64,000 nucleotides of DNA from a virus. The stretch lies in IMG/VR virus record IMGVR_UViG_3300013118_000772; one strand, written 5' to 3'. Shown in pieces: positions 37,062 through 48,100 of this stretch. How positions within the stretch are numbered: the first letter of the stretch is position 1; the number at the start of each line of letters is the position of its first letter. The notes beneath the pieces were generated by a model that worked only from the letters and a program-made list of their open reading frames with translations, made no database searches and was not told the origin of the DNA. A program made the translations under genes and the position numbers.

Positions 37062-38660
37062 ATGAAAGAGAAAATCATTATATTATTTTGCATATTTTTA
37101 TTACTGCAAATTAATTTTTCAAGTGCAGCTAATTTAACATACAACTTTTCTAACGAAATTAACTTGCTATTTGATGAAAGTTTTTCACGTCAAATAAATT
37201 ATTCATGTTATAATATTACCACTAATAACAGCGACTTTTATTACCGTCAAGAAAATATTACAGTACAAATTAATAAATCCAGTCTAGTTAGGATAGATGG
37301 TGCGAAATTAGTTTACCTTAATAATAAAGAGTTTAAGGATAATGAAAGTAGTTTCATAATTCAATTAGATAATTTCAATAAATCAATGTCAATAAATTTA
37401 GTCAATTACACGGATGATTTTGTTATCGTTAATTTTGATAGTGATTTTGAATATCCTGAGAATTTGTTACTTAATTTGTTTAACAAAAACTTTTCGATAG
37501 AAGTTTTTCATAGTCAACAAATTTTTATTCCGTTCGAATTGGATTACAGCTTATTAAATAAGTCTAACGTTAGAAATAAAAAGATAAATGTTACTTTATT
37601 TTATAATCTTACAAACTTAAATAATACAGGAAATATAACTTTCTTAGTTGGTAAAACAGAAAAGCCAGAAATAAATTTAGCTAAGGATCTTTTAGCGTAT
37701 AAAGTTAATGATATAATTTTAGAAAGAATAAATATTGAATCAAAGGTTCCAATTGTTAACGTTTCAATAGATTCAAGTGATAATATTACATTTCGATCAA
37801 CTATATTAAATGATGAAGTTTTAGTTTACATTGAACCTAATAAAACTGGAATATACAATTTTAATTATACTGTAACAGATTTCTTTGGAAATCAAAATAC
37901 TATAAATTCAATGATTGATGTTTCCTCATATGGAAATTATTTTTTTCGCGATTTAACTATTCCTAGTTTAAAGATGGGAGAGGAGATGAAAATACTTATA
38001 TTTGAAAACGATAGATCAACATCTTTGCAATTTACTCCTTCAAAATTGGAATTTGTTCCAAGTAATATATCTATTTATAATATGTTAAATAAAACTATTT
38101 ACACATCTGTTGATATTTTTCTAAGTGATGAATCAGGAAACAATTACTATCTAAAAGAAAATAAAACATCAACAACGCTAAGAGATAAAGTATATCTAAA
38201 CATTAAAATGATAGATCCTGGCACTTTCAAAGGAAATATAAATATTTTATCAGCTGATGAAATAGATACCAATGACAAATTTAGCATATCGATAAAGTCC
38301 GGAAATGTAAGTATTTTTGAAAAACAGGAAATAAACGTCAATGGAATAATAACAACTTGTGAGTTATCAGATCCTTTGAATTTATATAATTCTAATCGTA
38401 GATGTTGGGTAGATTTTCCATTAACTGAAGAATCAATGTCAAATAATTTAATCATATTAACTGAGAGAGATTTTAACTCATATGAAAGTTCAAATAGAAA
38501 AGATAAAGAATTGATTAAAGAACATGGAGAAAATGAAACCAGAAAGCAGAAAGATTATAAGATTATATTTATTATTTTATTTTTATTTGCATCATCTGGA
38601 TGGATTTATACAGCTATACCTAAAGATTGGGTAGTATTAAGAAAGAAAAAGTTTTTTTGA
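37062..38660 (+). CDS. Secreted glycoprotein with C-terminal TM anchor (532 aa)
   Basis: Signal peptide; very dense NxS/T sequons; C-terminal TM then RKKKFF. Confidence 0.45.
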   Translation: MKEKIIILFCIFLLLQINFSSAANLTYNFSNEINLLFDESFSRQINYSCYNITTNNSDFYYRQENITVQINKSSLVRIDGAKLVYLNNKEFKDNESSFIIQLDNFNKSMSINLVNYTDDFVIVNFDSDFEYPENLLLNLFNKNFSIEVFHSQQIFIPFELDYSLLNKSNVRNKKINVTLFYNLTNLNNTGNITFLVGKTEKPEINLAKDLLAYKVNDIILERINIESKVPIVNVSIDSSDNITFRSTILNDEVLVYIEPNKTGIYNFNYTVTDFFGNQNTINSMIDVSSYGNYFFRDLTIPSLKMGEEMKILIFENDRSTSLQFTPSKLEFVPSNISIYNMLNKTIYTSVDIFLSDESGNNYYLKENKTSTTLRDKVYLNIKMIDPGTFKGNINILSADEIDTNDKFSISIKSGNVSIFEKQEINVNGIITTCELSDPLNLYNSNRRCWVDFPLTEESMSNNLIILTERDFNSYESSNRKDKELIKEHGENETRKQKDYKIIFIILFLFASSGWIYTAIPKDWVVLRKKKFF

Positions 38661-38674
38661 GGTGGAAAGTTTAA

Positions 38675-39154
38675 ATGGCAAAAGTGGTAGTAGAAGATTT
38701 AGTAGTAGGAATAATTGCAATGTTTCATAAAAAAGAAAGAGCCCCAGGTAAGGAAGGAAGGTTCCATATTTTTTGTAAACCTGCTAAAGTAGGCGGATTT
38801 GCTGGAAAGCCATTTAGGTTGCCAGGAGCTATATCTCCAAAAGGGATGTTAGAAGTTCCAGCAACATCATGTGAAGATGGATTTGGAAGGATTATTATAT
38901 TTAGTTATGGAGATGATGAAAGATATCCACCTATCATTACTGGCGCAATAAAAGAAAAAATAGGAGAAACAATAAAAAGCTTAGAAAGAATGTCTTTAGA
39001 AATGGGAGGCAAAACTTCGGCTCTAGAAGCTAAAAAACGATTATTTAATAGAAGTAAAGATGAAGAAATCGAAAAAGCAACTAAAAGAAAAAATAAATAT
39101 AATAAAAAAGGCTCACAGGGATTTCTTCCATATGATAGAGAATCGAATTATTGA
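38675..39154 (+). CDS. Hypothetical protein with basic C-terminal tail (159 aa)
   Basis: GC-richer ORF; C-terminal KRKNKYNKKG. Confidence 0.35.
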   Translation: MAKVVVEDLVVGIIAMFHKKERAPGKEGRFHIFCKPAKVGGFAGKPFRLPGAISPKGMLEVPATSCEDGFGRIIIFSYGDDERYPPIITGAIKEKIGETIKSLERMSLEMGGKTSALEAKKRLFNRSKDEEIEKATKRKNKYNKKGSQGFLPYDRESNY

Positions 39155-39166
39155 GGTATATAAAAG

Positions 39167-40306
39167 ATGAAAGAATATTCAAAGAAAATAAACTATGATA
39201 AAGCTCAAATGCTAAATGATGAACTAGATTATTTGGAAAAATTTAATATTACACCATATAAACTGAAAAAATTTGAAAATAAAATAAATGCAATTATTAC
39301 CTCAATTGATGTAGATGTAAGAAGTAACACTGATTTTTTAAATGAATTAAAACTAGAAATAGATGAAGAAATAAAAAAACCTTATATGAAAGATGATTGG
39401 TCACAAGATCCATGGTATAAACTTTTTAAAAAACAAAATAATTTATTTAATTTGTTAGTAAGAATTAATGCTTTTAAAACTTGGATGATTAGATTTTTAG
39501 TTTTAAGCAATAATATGATATCTGAATATACAGAACATTTGAACGAAGAGTATGTTGACTTGAAAAAGATAGAAACAAAAGCGGATATGATGGAAAAGTT
39601 ATTAGAAATAGAAAGAAAAAAGGTAGACAGATTAGGTGAGACAAAGGAAAGTAAAGATTCATTTAATATGTTAAAGGATCAAATAAGTAATCAAAATGAT
39701 TCAGTAGCTAATATTGTAAACGATATAAGTTTATTAAAAGAATATATAGAAAAAGCAGCTAAAAAAGAAGCAGAATATAAGATAGAAAAATTAAAAACAG
39801 ATGAATTGGATAAGAAATTACCTGATAAAGAAGAGGATAAAATAGAGCCAAAAGAAATTGAAATCATTACGGTAACAAAAGATGAAGAACTTCAACCGGA
39901 TAAAACTGAGATCGTCAAAGTTCCTATAGTAAAAGAGATAGATAATGAACCAAAAACAAATGACATTGAAATAATAAAAGATGGAGATTTTGAATCATTA
40001 GAAAAGGCACAGAAGTTTTTCGATGAATTTGCATCAGAAATAGAAGGAGAAACGGAAGCAGAAGGAGATAGTATATATATTAGAATTGAAAATGCTGAAG
40101 ATATGGAAAATTTATTACAGTTAAATCGTTCAGATTATAAAACAGAAAAAGATAAAAAAGAATTGTTAGAATTTTTAGCTTTAAATCATAATGATTTTCT
40201 TTATACAAGAGATGCCTTGGCACAGTTTTTAAATTGGAACGCAAGACAAGTTTCTATTTGGATTACCAAGCTAGAATTATGGAGTAAATTGGAGGTAGAA
40301 AGTTAA
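39167..40306 (+). CDS. Acidic coiled-coil protein (379 aa)
   Basis: Glu/Lys-rich heptad-like sequence, possible scaffolding or tape-measure-like role. Confidence 0.4.
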   Translation: MKEYSKKINYDKAQMLNDELDYLEKFNITPYKLKKFENKINAIITSIDVDVRSNTDFLNELKLEIDEEIKKPYMKDDWSQDPWYKLFKKQNNLFNLLVRINAFKTWMIRFLVLSNNMISEYTEHLNEEYVDLKKIETKADMMEKLLEIERKKVDRLGETKESKDSFNMLKDQISNQNDSVANIVNDISLLKEYIEKAAKKEAEYKIEKLKTDELDKKLPDKEEDKIEPKEIEIITVTKDEELQPDKTEIVKVPIVKEIDNEPKTNDIEIIKDGDFESLEKAQKFFDEFASEIEGETEAEGDSIYIRIENAEDMENLLQLNRSDYKTEKDKKELLEFLALNHNDFLYTRDALAQFLNWNARQVSIWITKLELWSKLEVES

Positions 40307-40308
40307 TC

Positions 40309-40617
40309 ATGGGTTCGAATATTTGGATGGTTCATACTCAGTTAGGAAGTGAAATGCAATCTAAATATTTTGGAAAATTTAATTCATGGAGACCATATTT
40401 AATGATAAAAATAAATGCCAAAATTCCAGTTACTGATAACCTAATAAGAAATATTATCGAATTTAGCAAGGAAAAAAGAAAAATAAAAGGCATATCATAT
40501 AAGAGATATTTCAGATTAAGAGATAATGAAACTTTTGAATTTAGATATGGTCCAGTAAGACATAGTTGGAATTTAAAAAGATTATATAGTACGAAATTTA
40601 AAATCATTAAAATATAA
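40309..40617 (+). CDS. Hypothetical protein (102 aa)
   Basis: ORF in co-directional array. Confidence 0.3.
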   Translation: MGSNIWMVHTQLGSEMQSKYFGKFNSWRPYLMIKINAKIPVTDNLIRNIIEFSKEKRKIKGISYKRYFRLRDNETFEFRYGPVRHSWNLKRLYSTKFKIIKI

Positions 40618-40618
40618 A

Positions 40619-41248
40619 ATGGTAACAAAAACATTAAGAAATATTATACTTTCAGCTTTTGGAATATTTTTTGTAATTATACTTCTTAGAGTTACTAATG
40701 GACTTGAACATATATGGAAATTTATAGATAGATTTGGTTCATATATATTATTGCTAGCTTTATTAGTATCGATAGGAATAGCTGCTTATTTCTATTTTTA
40801 TAAGAAAACAAAGCAAGAAAATCAAGATCAAGTCAAAAAATCATGGGAATTCATATGTAATTGGTGGGATGAAACAATGGGAATGTCAGAAGGACTTAAA
40901 TTGGAAGATTCTTTCATGAAAGAAGGATATTATGATTCAAGTCAAGGACAAACGGAAAGATTTTTTGGATGGAATGTAACTAAAATGAGTACATCAGAAA
41001 GAATAATTTTCATAGTAGGAACCAGTCCTTTTAGAGTAGTTAGATTTATTAACAGACCCAACATTGGAGAACAGGAAGATCCTTTCGAATCTTTTTATAG
41101 TGTCCCACCTAAACCTGTGCCAGGATTTAATGATTTTGCTATGCAGAAATATGCTGAAATGGAAAGAAGAAAAAAGGAAACTCCAGAAGAAAATGATGAT
41201 GCTGTTGATCCTTTATCTGGGGATTGGGTAGATGGAGGGGACTTATAA
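40619..41248 (+). CDS. Membrane protein (209 aa, 2 TM)
   Basis: Two N-terminal hydrophobic helices; acidic C-terminus. Confidence 0.35.
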   Translation: MVTKTLRNIILSAFGIFFVIILLRVTNGLEHIWKFIDRFGSYILLLALLVSIGIAAYFYFYKKTKQENQDQVKKSWEFICNWWDETMGMSEGLKLEDSFMKEGYYDSSQGQTERFFGWNVTKMSTSERIIFIVGTSPFRVVRFINRPNIGEQEDPFESFYSVPPKPVPGFNDFAMQKYAEMERRKKETPEENDDAVDPLSGDWVDGGDL

Positions 41249-42626
41249 TATGGTTATTGAAAATTTATTTATCGGTAAAAAGGAATTTTTATCATACCAG
41301 AAAGTTTTTAATGCCAATGAATCTGTTATAACTGACATGGTAAGATTTCAAAAACCCGAAATTAAATATTCGATGAGTGCTATTCCTATTGGAAGGATTA
41401 GAAAGAGTTTAAAGCCACATGTAATTGATTTATCCCATTCAAAAAGAATATTAATATTAGGTATGACAGGGAGCGGAAAATCCGTTCTATGTGGAAGTAT
41501 CATGGATAGATTTAAAAAATCTGGGGGGTTATTAAGTATTTTTGATCTTAAAGGAGAATATATAGTTAAATCTGTTCCTTTAAAGGATAAATTTTCTGAT
41601 AAATATATAACCAATGCTAATGGAGAAAAGGTCAGAACATATTTGTTTAATGAGGAAACTCCTCAGGGTTTTGAGTTAAAAAGTTATTATCCTGTTTTTC
41701 TTAAAAATATAATGGCTGGATCAACATTAAAAGATAAAAATAGACCTTTATTTGAAAATGAATCTTTATGTCAATTTGGAATGGAAAGTTTAACCAAAAC
41801 AGATTTTTTTACTTTTTTTGAAACTATCACTAATAGAAATTCATCGTATTTTGAATATTTAGAAGAACTATGGTTGGGCATTGAAAGAGATAGTCTTTCT
41901 ACATGGGAAGACATAGTTAGTTTTATTGAAGATCATGATGTATTTAGTAAAAGTACTAGAAAAAATCTTATTAGAAATCTGACCATTTTAAAGGATAATG
42001 AAGTGCTTGGAAATGCTTATGATCCTCCAGACTTAATAACTGATTTAAAAGAAAATAGAATAGGAATTCTTAATTTAAAGGGTATAATCAATTTACCTGT
42101 TACAACTAATCCTGCTCTAGTATATGTAAATATATTACTACGTAAAATTTATAATTCTAAAGTAATAGGAGATGTTAGTACCAAAAAACATAATTTAATC
42201 TTTGTAGATGAAGTAAATAAATTTGTCCCTAGATTAGGAAGTACCCCTTCAAAGGATGAATTTTTAAAGTTATTGGATTTAGTAAGAAGTGAACATATAA
42301 GTATGATGTATTCTACTCAGGATTGGAGAAGAATCCCTGAAACTCTAATAAAACAAGCTGATTATGTTTTCTTACCATTTAACATTGATTTAGATGATTT
42401 AGCTGAAATAGTTAAATTAGTTTTACCATCAGAATATCATACTCCTCAAACTTTTAAAACTAAAATGTCTCACCTTCAATCTATGATGAAGATTTATAAA
42501 GATGGAAGAAGGGATTGGTTAATGATAGATAAGATAAATAAGAAAAGGGTTTTCTTTACGCCAGTTTTGCCCCTTTCTTATTTTCTAGAGGAAGGAGAAA
42601 AAGCAGAAAATGTACTTTCATCTTGA
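41232..42626 (+). CDS. HerA/FtsK-type P-loop ATPase, candidate genome-packaging ATPase
   Basis: Walker A LILGMTGSGKS, Walker B LIFVDEVNKF; 464 aa. Confidence 0.6.
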   Translation: MEGTYNMVIENLFIGKKEFLSYQKVFNANESVITDMVRFQKPEIKYSMSAIPIGRIRKSLKPHVIDLSHSKRILILGMTGSGKSVLCGSIMDRFKKSGGLLSIFDLKGEYIVKSVPLKDKFSDKYITNANGEKVRTYLFNEETPQGFELKSYYPVFLKNIMAGSTLKDKNRPLFENESLCQFGMESLTKTDFFTFFETITNRNSSYFEYLEELWLGIERDSLSTWEDIVSFIEDHDVFSKSTRKNLIRNLTILKDNEVLGNAYDPPDLITDLKENRIGILNLKGIINLPVTTNPALVYVNILLRKIYNSKVIGDVSTKKHNLIFVDEVNKFVPRLGSTPSKDEFLKLLDLVRSEHISMMYSTQDWRRIPETLIKQADYVFLPFNIDLDDLAEIVKLVLPSEYHTPQTFKTKMSHLQSMMKIYKDGRRDWLMIDKINKKRVFFTPVLPLSYFLEEGEKAENVLSS

Positions 42627-42927
42627 CCTTTCAAAAACGAGAATAGAAATATGTGTAGCTTTTATAGATGTATGGGCTCAATTGGATAAAAAATATTTTA
42701 ATTTAAGAGAAATTGCTAGAATAACTGATTTAGATTATGTTTCTACTCTTTATAGAGAAAAAGACTGGTTAATAAAAAGTAAAATATTTTTAATTAACGA
42801 AGATAGAAATAAATATAGTGTTAGTTTTAAAAATATGGCTTATGTTCTTTTTGTAGAGAGCAATTTAGGCAATTTATATTACCTTTCACATAAATTTCTT
42901 GATTTGCCTAAAAATATAGAAAATTAA
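42610..42927 (+). CDS. Hypothetical protein (105 aa)
   Basis: ORF overlapping ATPase 3' end. Confidence 0.3.
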   Translation: MYFHLDLSKTRIEICVAFIDVWAQLDKKYFNLREIARITDLDYVSTLYREKDWLIKSKIFLINEDRNKYSVSFKNMAYVLFVESNLGNLYYLSHKFLDLPKNIEN

Positions 42928-42975
42928 ATTTTTTAATAAATTCTATTCTAAAATTATAAAAATTTAATAAACATA

Positions 42976-42983
42976 TTTAAATA
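42976..42983 (+). promoter_or_regulatory. Box A-like TTTAAATA element
   Basis: 71 bp upstream of 43054 start; strong SD GGAGGGGGT precedes the ATG. Confidence 0.3.
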
Positions 42984-43053
42984 ATAATCAATATTATAAT
43001 AATATAAAGGTAAAACCTTTAGAAATTCTATAAACTAGGAGGGGGTAAAAAAT

Positions 43054-44115
43054 ATGAATACGAAAGGGGAAATGTCCACCGGCAAAGCTATTATACTGTT
43101 AGCAGTTTTAGTAGTTGGCTTGGTAGGATATATGGTATATGATGATATTTCGGCTGAAACGCCTGAATTTACCATTAATGTACCAACATCGGGTGGCATT
43201 GGAACCACAGGAGAAGGTGGAGGAGTTATTTGTCCTGACACTATGCAAACAGCGTTCAGTGGAGATGCATTAAATCCATTAAACAGTTCAGCATCAGAAT
43301 ATGTAGCAAGTGCATGGAAACTTGTCCCAGGTGGAGACTTTAGTGAATTCACATCTTATACGTCAGCAGCAAGTTCAACAAGAACTACAGCTGTAAACTT
43401 AAAATGTGGAAAAAGCTACATGCTTTATCCGACAGTAGCATCACAAGATACTGTAAATTCAGTTGATCCAGTTGATCTTGGTCAACTGTCAGGAAACACT
43501 AAAGCGAAAGTAATTAACGTACCGAAGCTGTCTTTGTTAAAAGCAACTGCTTATGACAATTTAGGAAGATCTTTTGTCTATGACTCAGCAGATGCAAGTA
43601 ACTCAGATTATGAGAACTTTGGTGGAACCTGGAAAAGTACAACAGATAACGCAACTGCAACAGCAATGACTTCAGCAAGTGTCCTTGACTGGTCTTTTAC
43701 CGTGATTACCCAAACAGGTAGTGCACAATTTGGTAATAAAGACCTTGGAACTTATGTAGCTGTTGATGCAGATAAAACAGATTTCAACATTCCACAATTG
43801 TGGCTAGATGGAATCAAGTTAACTGATGTAAAAGGAACAGGAGAAGTCAATAATAACGACGAAGCAACATTAAGTGCTTATGAGTACATCTTTAAGTTAC
43901 CTGCTGACTTAACCCAAACACCTCACGTGATAAGGTTATATGCAGATCCTAAATCTGGTGTAGATCCAGACGTGGATATTAAGCTTAGAACAGTAGGAAA
44001 AGCATATTATGTGCAAGGAGATGGATACACAGTTGGGAAAGCAATCTTTAAAGATACAGACTCATCTGAAATTTTGACTGCTACAGCGCAGACAATGACC
44101 ATTGATATCTCATAA
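43054..44115 (+). CDS. Candidate major structural protein (353 aa) with N-terminal hydrophobic anchor
   Basis: MNTKGEMSTGKAIILLAVLVVGLVGYMVY N-terminus (pilin-like signal possible), Thr/Ser/Ala-rich, GC-richer, very strong SD, followed by long T-rich tract. Confidence 0.45.
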   Translation: MNTKGEMSTGKAIILLAVLVVGLVGYMVYDDISAETPEFTINVPTSGGIGTTGEGGGVICPDTMQTAFSGDALNPLNSSASEYVASAWKLVPGGDFSEFTSYTSAASSTRTTAVNLKCGKSYMLYPTVASQDTVNSVDPVDLGQLSGNTKAKVINVPKLSLLKATAYDNLGRSFVYDSADASNSDYENFGGTWKSTTDNATATAMTSASVLDWSFTVITQTGSAQFGNKDLGTYVAVDADKTDFNIPQLWLDGIKLTDVKGTGEVNNNDEATLSAYEYIFKLPADLTQTPHVIRLYADPKSGVDPDVDIKLRTVGKAYYVQGDGYTVGKAIFKDTDSSEILTATAQTMTIDIS

Positions 44116-44131
44116 GAATGTGTTGTAAATA

Positions 44132-44155
44132 TTTTTTATTTTTTTTATTTTTTAT
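44132..44155 (+). terminator. Long T-rich tract (terminator candidate)
   Basis: TTTTTTATTTTTTTTATTTTTTATT a few bases after stop codon. Confidence 0.4.
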
Positions 44156-44248
44156 TAATAAAATCTAGTAAATTTATTTTTTTTATTCATTTAAGACGTT
44201 AAAAAATAATTAAATTTATAAAAAGATTAAATAATTATTATATTTAAT

Positions 44249-44395
44249 ATGGAAAGATTAAATTTTGGGGATAGTGTTACCGTTAATGTAATTAGAAATT
44301 CTAGTTCAGGCAAAATAGTTTTGATTTTGGCAATATTTTTAATCATCATTATATCATCATATTTAGTTTACAAAATATCTAAAAGGAAAGAATGA
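44249..44395 (+). CDS. Small TM peptide (48 aa)
   Basis: Manual translation MERLNFGDSVTVNVIRNSSSGKIVLILAIFLIIIISSYLVYKISKRKE. Confidence 0.25.
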   Translation: MERLNFGDSVTVNVIRNSSSGKIVLILAIFLIIIISSYLVYKISKRKE

Positions 44396-44399
44396 TAAT

Positions 44400-44573
44400 A
44401 TGGATTTATTTCAAAGGATTTTAAGATCGCTGGGTATATCTATCATATTTATTATTTTAGGTATAATATTTTCAAGTAGCATAACATTAAGCTGGTTATT
44501 TGGAATTTTTATATTCTATTTAGATTTTGTAATTAGAAATGATTTGGAAAAATTAATGGAGGGAGTTAAATGA
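44400..44573 (+). CDS. Small TM peptide (57 aa)
   Basis: Manual translation MDLFQRILRSLGISIIFIILGIIFSSSITLSWLFGIFIFYLDFVIRNDLEKLMEGVK; ATGA overlap with next gene. Confidence 0.25.
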   Translation: MDLFQRILRSLGISIIFIILGIIFSSSITLSWLFGIFIFYLDFVIRNDLEKLMEGVK

Positions 44574-45094
44574 AAAAGCCAAATAAATTTTTAGGCATTA
44601 GCATGGGTATGGCTCTTATACTAGTTTTAGCTTTAGGAGCTATTCAAAGTAACAAAACTGTGCCTAATGGAGAAGAGGTGAGATATTATTCCAACGTTTG
44701 TGCATATAAAAACAATGTGTTGATAGATTGCAATAGTAATGTTGTAACTAACACAGGAAAGGATTTTATTAAAACCTCAATTGGACAGGGAGCATCTAAT
44801 AACGTAAGTGAATTAGCTATTGGAAATGGGACAACTCCAGTTGTAGCAAGTACTAGTTTAGATGGAGAAAAAACAGCAAATGGACTTGAAAGAGTTAATG
44901 GTACTTATTATAACAATGGAGTAGGAAATTGGAGTATTGTATACACATGGACATCAACAGCTGATGCACAAGTATTAAATACTACAGGTCTTTATGCTAT
45001 TGGTGGTAACTTGTTTGCTGGTACAACATTTACTGAGACAACATTGCAGACTGATGACCAAATAACAATTAACTATACAATATCAGTAAGTTAA
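44570..45094 (+). CDS. Secreted structural protein (174 aa)
   Basis: N-terminal signal/anchor MKKPNKFLGISMGMALILVLALGA; Thr/Asn-rich. Confidence 0.45.
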   Translation: MKKPNKFLGISMGMALILVLALGAIQSNKTVPNGEEVRYYSNVCAYKNNVLIDCNSNVVTNTGKDFIKTSIGQGASNNVSELAIGNGTTPVVASTSLDGEKTANGLERVNGTYYNNGVGNWSIVYTWTSTADAQVLNTTGLYAIGGNLFAGTTFTETTLQTDDQITINYTISVS

Positions 45095-45106
45095 GAGGTG
45101 TAGCTA

Positions 45107-48100
45107 ATTGAAACGGCTTCCCTCCTTAAAAAAAAAGTATTTTTTGTTTTTTTATTAGTTTTTACTCTTTCTAATTTTGTATTTGCCGAGAAAGGAATTA
45201 ATTGGATAGATGAAAATAATGAGATAACCATATACAGTTATCCTGTTAATTATTTAGATGAAAATACTTATAAGCCAATTAATACTACTATAATTCAATC
45301 AGACGTTTGTGATTTTGATTATTGTGTAAGAAGTGGAATTTATTACGTAGATTTTAAATCAAATTCTAACTTAAATAATATAGTTAAATTTATCTATAAA
45401 GGGCAAACAATTTATTATACTCCAGAAAAATTACAATATATAGTAAATAATAAAAAAAGTCTAATTGCTAATCCCTCTAAGGTGACAGGAATTTCAGAAG
45501 GTAATAAATTTATTTATCCTAAAATATATGGTGAAGGATTAGACTTAAGTTATGATTATGAAAATACTTTTCTAAAAGAACAGTTAATTATTGACCGATT
45601 TGATAGATTGCCTGAACCTGGTAACCAGTTAACAAAAGACAATGAAGAAATTTACTTAAGTTTAGAATTTGAATTGGATACTAATGATAATGTGAATAAT
45701 AAATTTAGAGATAAAGAAAGCAAAGTCTTATGGGATAAGCAATCATTAAGGGAGTTTAAAAAAATAGAAGTTTTAAACGAAAATAATGAAGTATTGACCT
45801 TTCTTCCTGAACCTTATGCTATTGATTCAAAAGGAAATAAAATTAAACTACAATATCAATTTAAAAAAGAAGGTCAAAAGTTAATCATATCTATTTTAAC
45901 TCCATATAGTTGGATATCAGATATTAAAAGAGTTTATCCTATCTATATAGATCCTTCTACGACTTTAAATTATAATAGTGGTGGAATGGATTCTGAGATT
46001 GATAGTGATACTCCTAATTCCAATTTTGGTTCAGCTACTAACATGGAAGTTTATGAAGTTGATGTTTCGAGATCATTAATTTGGTTTAATATGTCTTCAA
46101 TTATGGAAAAAGCAGTTTATAGCTCAAGTATGACTATATATAAAGAAAGTGGTTCACTTGCTACTATTACAGTTTACGTGCATAGAATACTTAACGAATG
46201 GATAGAAAATCAAGTAACCTGGAACAATAGGAAAACAGGCACTGCTTGGGATACTGCAGGTGGAGATTTTAGTTCAATAGCAGAAGTATCTCTAAAAGAA
46301 TATTTTGGATCAGGCTGGCACACATGGAATATGACAAATGTAACTAAGGATATTGTTAAAGGCGTATATACTAACTATGGTTGGATTTTAACAGACAATC
46401 CAACCGTGTACCAAGTTAGACTTTCCACACAGGATAATACTATTGGAGGAGATATAAGAAGACCATATATGACAGTTAATTATTATGATTCAGTAACTAT
46501 AGATTCAGCATTAATGTTTCCAAATAATCCTTTATCATCAGATAACATTACATGTAATACAACTCCTGTAGCTGATGCTAGTACAGTTAAAATAGAATTT
46601 AGATGGTTTAATTCCACACATGAGTTATTATATGGCAACGTTAGTGGAGTTAGTAATAATACAAATTCTTTAATAACCACACTTGGAAGTGGAAATTATA
46701 CCACAGGTAATACTATAAACTGCTCATTAAGAGGATATTATAATTCCGATATTGGAGGATATAGTGATTGGAAATCATCATTGAAAACTATTAGTAGTCA
46801 ACCTCCTACTTGGGATGAAATAATAACATCTGTAAACATAAATCATAGTAATAACTTAAGTATTCAATTAAATGCCACTGATCCTGATTTAGACGCTTTA
46901 ACGTGGAACATAAATGAGTCAATGGCAACCATTAACCAAACTGGATATTTATTTGATAATCCAGCTATAACTGACTATGGAAATTACTCTTTGCAAATTA
47001 ATGTTACTGATGGATCTAATACTATAGAAATGAACATTAGTTATGAGGTAATAAATAACCAACCATTAATAGATAATTTAGATGTTGGTCCTCAGAGTGA
47101 CCTACTACCTACTGAACTACATGATCTTGTCTGTAATTATAATATTAGTGATGTTGATTCTGATAATTTAAATATATCTTTCGATTGGTATAATAATGGT
47201 GCTAGTCAGAGTATTAATAATGGAACTTTAGGATACGGAAATACTAGTATAGGTGAGTTATGGAATTGTAGCATAAATATAACTGATACTGTTCTTAGTA
47301 ATTATCAACAATCTAGCTCAGTTGAGATAAAAAACTTTTATGGTAATTTTAGCGTTGACTGGATAACTCCAACTGTTAATTCCACTCATGGATATTATAA
47401 GTTAATATTATATCAATATAATATAAGCTGTATAAATGGATATACTTGTGGTAATGTAAATGTTACTCTTGATCCAATTACAACTTATAAGTTTAACTCT
47501 ACATATGAAAATATAGACTTTTTTGCTTATGAAAAAGAAGGAACAGGTGGAGATATATATGCTGCTGCAACCGTCAATATAACTCTAAATCCTAATTTAG
47601 ATAGCAATGATGGAAGTTTCCTTCCTTCCTCATCTGGTGGTGGACATAGTTTACAAAGATTTATTGCTTGTGTAAATGAGAAAATAGATAGAATAGAAAA
47701 TATAACATGGATGTACGATGGATCTTCTTCCTCCGGGGTAGGAGATGATATGATAATGTTTATTTACAACTTTACCAATTCTAGTTGGGATTATTTTGAT
47801 ATAATAGAAATTGATTATGATATAACACTTGAATATAATAGTAGCTCAACCGATGATTTAATAAATGATTCTGGATGTTTGTTAATGGAAATTGCAACTG
47901 ATGAAATAGGTTCCTCCATTAAAACAGATTATGTTCAATTAAGTGTGGAATATACAGAATTTAAAGGTTTAATTGATAATGACCCAAACTCAGAGCCATT
48001 TTATCATAATGGAACTGAAATAAACTATGAGTGTGGAACATTAAATCATAACGAGAGTTGCATTGCTAGTTTTTGGGTCAATGCTACAGGAGAAACTGAT

